Assembly (NCBI GenBank): GCA_039932315.1
Contig: JBDTQG010000002.1
Location: 13,612-77,611 of the forward strand
Source of the DNA: Thermoanaerobaculia bacterium
Lineage (GTDB): Bacteria; Acidobacteriota; Thermoanaerobaculia; Multivoradales; JAGPDF01
DNA length: 64,000 nt
Direction of reading: 5' to 3'
Below the pieces are notes generated by a model. The model saw only the letters and a list, made by a program, of their open reading frames with translations. It ran no database searches and was not told the origin of the DNA. Below, piece by piece: positions 50,348 through 58,126 of this stretch; position 1 is the stretch's first letter; each line of letters opens with the position of its first letter. Position numbers and translations under genes: made by a program.

Positions 50348-50385
50348 ACCGTAGGCCTCGTCCGGATGCTAGCATTCGCTTCCGA

Positions 50386-51222
50386 ATGACCGATCGACGC
50401 TCGAAGATCAAGGTCGGCCTGGCGCAGATCGATGTCCGCCTCGGCGATCTCGAATTCAACCTTCAACACCACCTCGAATGGATCGCCCAGGCGCGCGCCG
50501 AGGGCGTCGAGCTCCTGCTTTTTCCCGAGCTCTCGCTGACCGGTTATCGCCTGCTGCACCTCACGCCCCGGGTCGCGATCCAGCCGGCGACGTCCCCGAT
50601 CGTGCAGAAACTGCGCGAGGCAGCTCCGGAGATGGCGATCGTGGTCGGCTGCGTCGAAGAGGACGACAACGGCGCCCTTTTCAACAGTGCGCTGCTCCTC
50701 ACCGGGGGCGAGATCTCCCATGTCCACCGCAAGCTCTACCTGCCGACCTACGGGATCTTCCAGGAAGGGCGGTTCTTCAGCGAAGGACGCACGCTGCGCA
50801 TGGCGCGGCTTTTCGGCAATCCGTTCGGCGTGCTGATCTGCGAGGACTTCTGGCACTCCGATCCGGCAGAAAGGCTCGCCCGTCACGGCGCCAAGCTGAT
50901 CGGTGTCATCTCCGCTTCGCCGGGCCGCATCGGCCCCGAGGCGATGCCACCGTCGCAGGAGGCATGGGAGTCGCTCACACGCGCTTCGGCCCTGCTCAAC
51001 ACCTCCTGGATTCTCTACAGCGGAAGAGTCGGCTGGGAAGAGGGAACGTTCTACACCGGCGGCAGCCACATCGTGCGCCCCGGCGGCGAGATGCTGGCGC
51101 GCGCTCCGTACCTCGAGGAGCATCTCCTCACGGCGGAGATCGATCTGCGCGAAGTCGACCGCCTGCGCTGGCGTCTGCCGATTCTCGCCGCTGAACGCAG
51201 CGACATCGAGTGGCAGGAATGA
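50386..51222 (+). CDS. carbon-nitrogen hydrolase (probable glutaminase subunit of NAD synthetase)
   Basis: Glu-Lys-Cys triad FPEL, HRKLYLPTYGIFQE, ICED; overlaps the nadE start (ATGA). Confidence 0.88.
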   Translation: MTDRRSKIKVGLAQIDVRLGDLEFNLQHHLEWIAQARAEGVELLLFPELSLTGYRLLHLTPRVAIQPATSPIVQKLREAAPEMAIVVGCVEEDDNGALFNSALLLTGGEISHVHRKLYLPTYGIFQEGRFFSEGRTLRMARLFGNPFGVLICEDFWHSDPAERLARHGAKLIGVISASPGRIGPEAMPPSQEAWESLTRASALLNTSWILYSGRVGWEEGTFYTGGSHIVRPGGEMLARAPYLEEHLLTAEIDLREVDRLRWRLPILAAERSDIEWQE

Positions 51223-52055
51223 TCCGCAAGGACGAAGTCGCCGGCCGCCTGAGATTGAACGAAGCGCTCGCCATCGCGACGCTCGCCGACTTTCTGCGCG
51301 ACGGCGTCGAAAACGCCGCTGCCTCGGGACTGGTTCTCGGCCTTTCCGGCGGCATCGATTCCGCTCTCGCGGCGGGCCTCGCTGCCAGGGCGCTCGGAGC
51401 CGACCGCGTGCATGCGTACTTTCTGCCCTATCGCGCTTCGAATCCGCAGTCAGCCGTGGACGCCGCGGCGGTCGCAGCCCGGTTCGGACTCGCCCTCAGG
51501 ACGCTCGACATCACAGCTCAGATCGACGCCTATTTCTCCGGCGAAGAGGCGTCCGCCGATCGCCTGCGGCGCGGCAACAAAATGGCGAGGGAACGGATGT
51601 CGATCCTCTTCGACCAGTCGAAGAGGCTCGGCGCGCTCGTTTGCGGCACGTCGAACAAGAGCGAAATCCTGCTCGGCTACTCGACCGTCTTCGGTGACAA
51701 CGCGAGCTCGCTCAATCCGATCGGTGATCTCTACAAGCAGCAGGTGCGCGAGCTCTCGCTCCACCTCGCCATTCCGGATGCGGTTCTCGCGAAGCGTCCT
51801 TCAGCGGACCTCTGGCCGGGCCAGGTCTCCGAGGACGAGCTCGGTTTCGACTATTCGATGGCCGACGAGATCCTCTACCTGATGTTCGACCAGGGGCTCA
51901 CCGCCGAGGAGGTGGTCGATCGCGGCTACCCCGAGACGGTCGTCGATCGGATCGTGCATCTCGAGCGCGCGAACCGGTTCAAGCGCCGGATGATGCTCAT
52001 CGCACGCCTCTCCGGCAGCGCCATCAATCTCGACCGCGAGATTCCGCGCGACTGA
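51219..52055 (+). CDS. nadE: NAD+ synthetase, synthetase domain only
   Basis: GLSGGIDS, GNKMARERM, GTSNKSE, PIGDLYK, PSADLW. Confidence 0.94.
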   Translation: MIRKDEVAGRLRLNEALAIATLADFLRDGVENAAASGLVLGLSGGIDSALAAGLAARALGADRVHAYFLPYRASNPQSAVDAAAVAARFGLALRTLDITAQIDAYFSGEEASADRLRRGNKMARERMSILFDQSKRLGALVCGTSNKSEILLGYSTVFGDNASSLNPIGDLYKQQVRELSLHLAIPDAVLAKRPSADLWPGQVSEDELGFDYSMADEILYLMFDQGLTAEEVVDRGYPETVVDRIVHLERANRFKRRMMLIARLSGSAINLDREIPRD

Positions 52056-52104
52056 CGCGTGGCTTCCGAAAAGACAACCTGAAGCTCGCTCGGATCGCAC
52101 GCAC

Positions 52105-52914
52105 TTGACCGGACGCCTCTGGCTCGTCGCCACTCCGATCGGAAATCTCGACGATCTCTCTCCCCGCGCGCTGGCCGCTTTCGCCGAGGCCGACATCGTC
52201 GCCTGCGAGGATACGCGGCGAACCGGGCTGCTTCTGCATCACGTCGGGCTCAAGAAGACGATGGTTTCGATGCACGAGCACAACGAGCGCGCGCGCCTCG
52301 CGCAGCTCCTGGCCGCGCTCGGGCAGGGACAGACGGTCGCAGTGGCATCGGACGCCGGGACGCCGCTGCTTTCCGATCCCGGTTACGTCCTGACGCGCGC
52401 CGCCATCGCGGCCGGGCATCGCGTCGAAGCGATCCCCGGCGCCTCGGCGCCGCTCACCGCGCTCCTGGTCTCGGGATTGCCGCCCTACCCCTTCACTTTC
52501 GCCGGCTTCGCGCCGCCCCGGAGCGGCAAGCGGCGGACGTTTTTCCGCAAGCTGGCCGACCTGCCGCACACGCTGATCATCTTCGAATCGCCGCACCGCA
52601 TCGTCCCCAGCCTGGACGACGCGATCGCCGAGCTCGGCGATCGTCCGGCGGCGCTCGCCCGCGAGCTGACCAAACTCAACGAAGAGGTCGTCCGCGGCCC
52701 GCTCAGCGACCTGCGCAGCAACTTCGCCGAGCGCGGCCGCATCCTCGGCGAATTCGTTCTGGTGATCGGCGGAAAGGGAGCCAAAGGCTTCGAGGCCACG
52801 AGCGGAGAGGCGCTCCATGCCAGTAACTCACAACTCGACGGCGAGAACGATGGAGACGAAGGAGACGGAGGAGACGGAGACGGCGAAGTCAGCGGGAGCG
52901 GCGAGAACGACTGA
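52105..52914 (+). CDS. rsmI: 16S rRNA C1402 2'-O-methyltransferase
   Basis: VATPIGNLDD, CEDTR, SDAGTP, FESPHR, RELTK; acidic Gly/Asp-rich tail. Confidence 0.95.
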   Translation: MTGRLWLVATPIGNLDDLSPRALAAFAEADIVACEDTRRTGLLLHHVGLKKTMVSMHEHNERARLAQLLAALGQGQTVAVASDAGTPLLSDPGYVLTRAAIAAGHRVEAIPGASAPLTALLVSGLPPYPFTFAGFAPPRSGKRRTFFRKLADLPHTLIIFESPHRIVPSLDDAIAELGDRPAALARELTKLNEEVVRGPLSDLRSNFAERGRILGEFVLVIGGKGAKGFEATSGEALHASNSQLDGENDGDEGDGGDGDGEVSGSGEND

Positions 52915-52936
52915 CGAGCTCTCTCTCATCCATTGC

Positions 52937-53062
52937 CCAGCGCCTTTCGCGTCTCAGCTCCCCCCACCACCGCGAAAAGCTCGAACAATGGAAAAACAGC
53001 TTCAACGAAGTCGACCCTGGCGCGGCGGAGACTCCTCTACCAGCGCCTTTCGCTTCTCCGCT
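52937..53062. repeat. 23-bp imperfect direct repeat in the convergent intergenic region
   Basis: CCAGCGCCTTTCGCgTCTCaGCT (52937-52959) and CCAGCGCCTTTCGCtTCTCcGCT (53040-53062). Confidence 0.6.
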
Positions 53063-53085
53063 GCGAACCTTGCCCTGCCTTCTGA

Positions 53086-54243
53086 CTAGAGCCTGCCGGT
53101 GATCCAGCAGCCGCCGAGGACCTGGGTGCCGCGGTAGAAGACCGCGGCCTGACCGGGGGTGACGCCGCGCTGGGGGGTGGCGAAATCGATCTCGACCCGC
53201 CCTTCAGCTCCGAGAGGTCGCACCTGCGCGGAAACGCCCGGATGGCGCGAACGGATCTTCACCATCACCTCGACCGGTGCGCTCCCGGCGCGCGGCGGAT
53301 CGCCGATCCAGTGCAGGCGCTCGCCGGCGAGACCGGGCGCGAAGAGCTCCTCTTCGTCGCCGACGACGACGGCATTTTCTGCCGGAAGCACTTCCAGAAC
53401 ATAGAGACGCTTCGAAGAGGCGACTCCCAGTCCCCGGCGCTGACCGACGGTGTAGCGATAGTAAGGATCTCCTTCGCCGAGCTTCTCGCCATCCGCCGTT
53501 CGCACTTCGGCGGGAGCGTCGGACGGTGTCTCTCCATATCTCCCGGGGTTCTCGGCGATCTGACTCTCGACGAAATCGCGGATGCCACCGGCGACGAAGC
53601 AGACCTCCATCGACTCGCCCTTCTCGGCGACCGCGAGTCCCGCGCGACGCGCCATCTCCCGCACTTCCGGCTTGGTCATTTCACCGAGAGGAAAGGAGCT
53701 CCGCGAAAGCTGCTCTCGCGTCAGCTCGAACAGGAAGTAGCTCTGGTCCTTGTCGGTGTCGATCGCCGTGTGGAGCTCGGCGCCGTCCGGGCCGTCGACG
53801 ATCCGGGCATAGTGGCCGGTGGCGATGCGCGCCGCGCCGAGGCGAGCGGCGCGCTCCTGCAGCAGATCGAATTTGACGAACGTGTTGCAGCGCACGCACG
53901 GCGACGGCGTCTTCCCTGCCAGATAGTCGCTCACGAACGGGTCGACGACGTGCTCGCGGAACTCCTCGTCCATCCGCAGCGTGTAGTGCGGAATGCCCGC
54001 CTGCGCAGCGACGCGTTTGGCATCGCCGAGATCGAGCGCGGAGCAGCAGCGTCCGTGGACCTTTTCGCTGGAGCGATCCCACAGAAGCATCGAAAGTCCG
54101 ACGACGGAGAAGCCGCGCTCGGCAAGGAGCCATGCGGTGACCGACGAGTCGAGCCCGCCGGACATCGCGACCGCGGTCAGGGAAGCGCCCGGTTTCGAAT
54201 CCATCGCGCTCGGCGAGTTCGCAGGGCTCGTCGATTTCGTCAT
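53086..54243 (-). CDS. mnmA: tRNA-specific 2-thiouridylase
   Basis: AMSGGLDS, PSPCVRCN, ATGHYA, KDQSYFL, EVCF, TVGQRRG, PGQAAVFY. Confidence 0.96.
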   Translation of the reverse strand: MTKSTSPANSPSAMDSKPGASLTAVAMSGGLDSSVTAWLLAERGFSVVGLSMLLWDRSSEKVHGRCCSALDLGDAKRVAAQAGIPHYTLRMDEEFREHVVDPFVSDYLAGKTPSPCVRCNTFVKFDLLQERAARLGAARIATGHYARIVDGPDGAELHTAIDTDKDQSYFLFELTREQLSRSSFPLGEMTKPEVREMARRAGLAVAEKGESMEVCFVAGGIRDFVESQIAENPGRYGETPSDAPAEVRTADGEKLGEGDPYYRYTVGQRRGLGVASSKRLYVLEVLPAENAVVVGDEEELFAPGLAGERLHWIGDPPRAGSAPVEVMVKIRSRHPGVSAQVRPLGAEGRVEIDFATPQRGVTPGQAAVFYRGTQVLGGCWITGRL

Positions 54244-55460
54244 GGTCGTCCATCTCGCGATGGAGCCCTCACCGCGCCGACGGTCGCACCGCGAAGGGCG
54301 GCGACTGCTTCGGCGAGCACCGGGAGAAAGGCGTCGATCTCGTCGCTCGTGTTCGGCATTCCGAAAGAGACCCGGATCGAGGCGATCGCCTCCGCTGGTG
54401 CCATGCCCATTGCGAAGAGCGTCGGACTCGCCTGCACCGTTCCGGAGCCGCAGGCCGCACCGGTCGAGATCGCGAATCCGGCGAGGTCGAGGCGGATCAT
54501 GAGCTCCTGCCCGACAGTTCCGGGAAAAGCGACGTGGGTCGTGTGCGGCAGGCGGGGCGCGAGCGTTCCGTGCACCCGCGCGTCGGGAATCGCCGTCAGC
54601 CCGGCCTCGAAGCGGTCGCGCAGAAAGCGCAGGTGATCCTGGCGCTCGCCGAGCTCCCGGCCAGCGACAGCACACGCCGCACCGAATCCGACCACTGCCG
54701 GAACGTTGACCGTCGCCGCCCGGCGCCGGCGCTCCTGAGCCCCGCCGACCATCAACGGCGAAAATGGGGCACCGCCGCGGATCCAGAGCGCGGCCGCGCC
54801 GAGAGGGCCGTGAAACTTGTGCGCGGCGATCGTCAGGTAGTCGACTCCAAGCCGCTGAACTGAAACGGGGATTTTTCCAACCGCCTGAACCGCGTCGCAG
54901 AGCAGCGGGACACCTCGTGCGCGCAGGGCGCCCGCCAGCTCCTCCACGGGCTGGATCGTCCCGATTTCGTTGTTCGCGAGCATCAACGCGACGAGGCACG
55001 TCCCGGCCGTCGCGGCCTCGTCCAGCCGGCCCGCGGAGACGACCCCTTCGGCGTCCGGAGCGACCTCGACGATCTCGACCCCGGCGCGTGGCGCCCAGGC
55101 ATGAGCCGACGCGACGACCGACGGATGCTCGAGGCGCGAGACGACAAGACGCTCTCCCGGCACCGCTGCACCGAGAGCGCTGGCGACGACGGCGTTGTTC
55201 CCTTCGGTTCCCGAGGCGACGAAAACCAGCTCTTCGGGCGTGCGGCAATCGATGAGGCGGGCGACCTGTTCGCGGGCGGATTCCACCGCCTCGCGAGCGG
55301 CCTGGCCGAAGCGATGGATCGACGACGGATTGCCCCAGCGAGCGCTCGAACCGGCTCCGGCGCCAGCGCCCGGACCTTCGCCGAGCCAGCGGAGCATGGC
55401 CTCGCGAACCTCCGGATGAAGTGGCGTCGTCGCATTGTGATCGAAGTAAGAAGCGCGCAT
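54240..55460 (-). CDS. cysteine desulfurase (IscS/NifS family)
   Basis: YFDHNATT, GNPSS, NNEIG, DAVQ, AHKFHGP (PLP lysine), STGAAC. Confidence 0.94.
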   Translation of the reverse strand: MRASYFDHNATTPLHPEVREAMLRWLGEGPGAGAGAGSSARWGNPSSIHRFGQAAREAVESAREQVARLIDCRTPEELVFVASGTEGNNAVVASALGAAVPGERLVVSRLEHPSVVASAHAWAPRAGVEIVEVAPDAEGVVSAGRLDEAATAGTCLVALMLANNEIGTIQPVEELAGALRARGVPLLCDAVQAVGKIPVSVQRLGVDYLTIAAHKFHGPLGAAALWIRGGAPFSPLMVGGAQERRRRAATVNVPAVVGFGAACAVAGRELGERQDHLRFLRDRFEAGLTAIPDARVHGTLAPRLPHTTHVAFPGTVGQELMIRLDLAGFAISTGAACGSGTVQASPTLFAMGMAPAEAIASIRVSFGMPNTSDEIDAFLPVLAEAVAALRGATVGAVRAPSRDGRP

Positions 55461-55516
55461 CGAACGCCGATTCTAACCCGTGGCCTCGGGCACCGGATCT
55501 GCAACAATCTCCGGCG

Positions 55517-58081
55517 ATGCCGACCCCTGTCCGCTCCTCCCGCTGGATCCGACCCGCGCTCGTGGCTGGCTTCCTTCTGGCACTTCTCGCGCTCCCCGGC
55601 ACGTCCTCGCGACTACGGGCGATCGACGCCAAGGAAAAGCAGCAGATCGAGCAGCTGGCGGAGGAATATCAGACCTGGCTCGAAGAGGTCGACTCCATCC
55701 TGACCAAGGAGGAGCGCGCCGCGTTTCTCAAGCTCGACAAGGACTATCAGCGCGACGCCTTCATCGAGCGCTTCTGGCAGGCACGCGATCCGTTCGCCGA
55801 CACGGCCCGCAACGAGATGCGCGAGACCTGGACGACGCGCGTCGACGAAGCGCGCGCACTGTTCGGAAACATCAAGGAGGAACGGGCTCGCTTCTATCTC
55901 CTCAACGGTCCGCCGGCGGCTCGTATCGCCGGCCAGTGCTCGGGTACGACCTGGCCCCTGGAGATCTGGGTCTATCAGCGCAGCGAGCGCGTGCACGAGG
56001 ACTTCGTGATTTTCGTCTTCGCGCGGAAGTTCTCGCAGGGTCCCTTCCGCCTCTGGTATCCCAGCGAAGGTCTCGCTTCGCTGATGCAATTCCCCCAGTC
56101 AGGATCGAGCGACGAGCGCAACCTCGAGGACATCGCGAGCAACTGCACCCAGAACGACGACATCGCGGCCGCTCTTTCGAGTGTCATCAAGCGCGGGCCG
56201 ATGGATTTCCAGCGCGTCGTCGAGGACATCCTCGCTCCGATTCCCCCGGTTTCGCGCGAGTGGGTCTCGACGTTCAACTCCTACTCGACCGACCTCCCGG
56301 CGAACGCCACGGGACTCAAAGCCGAGCTCTCGCTCACCTTTCCCGGACGCCGCCAGAGCCGGTCGGTACTCCAGGGAACGCTGGCCGTCACGACAGCGAG
56401 CGTCAAGACGGCGGACATTTCGGGGACCCAGTCCTACGACTTCGTTCTCAACGGCGAAGTCCTGATCGGCAAAAAACTCTTCGACAGCTTCCGCTACAAA
56501 TTCGACATTCCGGCAGATCCGGCGGCCGGGCCCCCGCCCGCCTCGTTGCCGCTCGTTTTCGAACGCTTTCTGCGCCCCGGCAAGTACGTGCTCATTCTGA
56601 AGCTCGAGGATCTGAACGGTGGCGGCTTCTTCCGCAAGCTGGTCGAGATCGAAGTGCCCTCGGTGGAAGGACCGGTGGCCCAGGAGCCCGACGCGTTCTC
56701 GGCCGGAATTTTCGCCGAAGCGAACGCGGCGCTCTCGACGCTCGACAACACGATCAAACTGGTCACTCCGCGGGGGGACATCCAGGCCGGTCTCGTGCGG
56801 TTCGATACCCTGACGACCGGAACCGCGATCTCCGAAGTCCTCTTCACGCTCGACGGCCGTCCGATCCTGCGCAAGAACCGGGCGCCGTTCTCCGTTGAGC
56901 TCGACCTCGGCGAGGTTCCGCGCACGCGAACGCTGCACGCGACCGCGTTCGACGCCGAGGGCAAAGAGGTCGCATGGGACGAGATCAAGGTCAACGCGAG
57001 CGCTCACCGCTTCAACGTCCGCCTGGTTGAACCGCGGAAGGGCTCGCACTACGACAAGAGCCTGCGCGCGGAAGCCCAGGTCGAAGTGCCCGAGGACGCC
57101 GCGCTCGAACGCGTCGAGTTCTATCTCAACGAAACGCTCGTCGCGACGCTCTTTCAGGAGCCGTTCACGCAGCCGATCGCTTTGCCTGCCGATGGCAGCA
57201 TCGCCTACGTCCGCGCCGTGGCCTACCTGGTCGACGGCAATTCGACCGAGGACCTCGTCTTCGTCAACGCGCCCGACAATCTGGAGGAGGTCGACGTCCA
57301 GTTCGTCGAGCTGTACACCACGGTGCTCGATCGCGAGAAGCATCCGGTGAAGAACCTCCAACAGTCGGATTTCCGGATCATCGAAGATGACGTGCCGCAG
57401 GAGATCGCCCGGTTCGAGAAGCTCGAGAATCTGCCGATTCACGTCGCGATCCTGCTCGACGTCTCCGCTTCCATGGAGCCGAATCTGCCTCAGACGCGCG
57501 CCGCAGCGCAGGCGTTCTTCGAACAGGTGATCACTCCCAAGGACCGCGGCGCCCTCATCACCTTCAACGATCACCCGCTTCTCTCCGTGAAGCTGACCAA
57601 CTCCGTTCCGGCCCTCGCCGGAGGTCTCGCCGGTCTCAAGGCGGAACGGGGCACCGCGCTTTACGACTCGGTGGTCTTTTCTCTGTTCTACTTCAACGGC
57701 GTCAAGGGTCAGCGGGCGATCGTGCTGCTTTCCGATGGCAAGGACGAGGGCAGCCGATTCAACGTCGAAGAGACCCTCGACTTCGCCCGTCGCGCTGGCG
57801 TCGCGATCTACACCGTGGGCCTGAACATCCCGCATTCCGAGTCCGAAGTCCGCAAGGTGCTGAAGAAGCTGGCGGAGGAGACGGGCGGCCGCAATTTCTT
57901 CATCAAGGAGACGGGCGAGCTCAAAGGGGTCTACGACGAGCTCCAGCAGGAGCTGCGATCGCGCTACCTGCTGGCCTACCAGTCGACCAACTCGAGTCGC
58001 GAGCAGCGCTTCCGGATCGTCGATCTCAAGCTCGACAAATCGGGGCTCGACGCGAAGACGATCCGCGGCTATTACCCGTGA
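55517..58081 (+). CDS. exported GWxTD-like + Ig-like + VWA domain protein (paralogue 1)
   Basis: Signal peptide; WLEEV..ILTKEER.AF..L...RDAFIERFW.ARDP; MIDAS DVSAS, GTALYD, SDGKD; ends RGYYP. Confidence 0.85.
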   Translation: MPTPVRSSRWIRPALVAGFLLALLALPGTSSRLRAIDAKEKQQIEQLAEEYQTWLEEVDSILTKEERAAFLKLDKDYQRDAFIERFWQARDPFADTARNEMRETWTTRVDEARALFGNIKEERARFYLLNGPPAARIAGQCSGTTWPLEIWVYQRSERVHEDFVIFVFARKFSQGPFRLWYPSEGLASLMQFPQSGSSDERNLEDIASNCTQNDDIAAALSSVIKRGPMDFQRVVEDILAPIPPVSREWVSTFNSYSTDLPANATGLKAELSLTFPGRRQSRSVLQGTLAVTTASVKTADISGTQSYDFVLNGEVLIGKKLFDSFRYKFDIPADPAAGPPPASLPLVFERFLRPGKYVLILKLEDLNGGGFFRKLVEIEVPSVEGPVAQEPDAFSAGIFAEANAALSTLDNTIKLVTPRGDIQAGLVRFDTLTTGTAISEVLFTLDGRPILRKNRAPFSVELDLGEVPRTRTLHATAFDAEGKEVAWDEIKVNASAHRFNVRLVEPRKGSHYDKSLRAEAQVEVPEDAALERVEFYLNETLVATLFQEPFTQPIALPADGSIAYVRAVAYLVDGNSTEDLVFVNAPDNLEEVDVQFVELYTTVLDREKHPVKNLQQSDFRIIEDDVPQEIARFEKLENLPIHVAILLDVSASMEPNLPQTRAAAQAFFEQVITPKDRGALITFNDHPLLSVKLTNSVPALAGGLAGLKAERGTALYDSVVFSLFYFNGVKGQRAIVLLSDGKDEGSRFNVEETLDFARRAGVAIYTVGLNIPHSESEVRKVLKKLAEETGGRNFFIKETGELKGVYDELQQELRSRYLLAYQSTNSSREQRFRIVDLKLDKSGLDAKTIRGYYP

Positions 58082-58126
58082 CGAGCATTTGCCCCTGAGG
58101 GCAGGCTAGGATCGAGCTCTCCGCCG

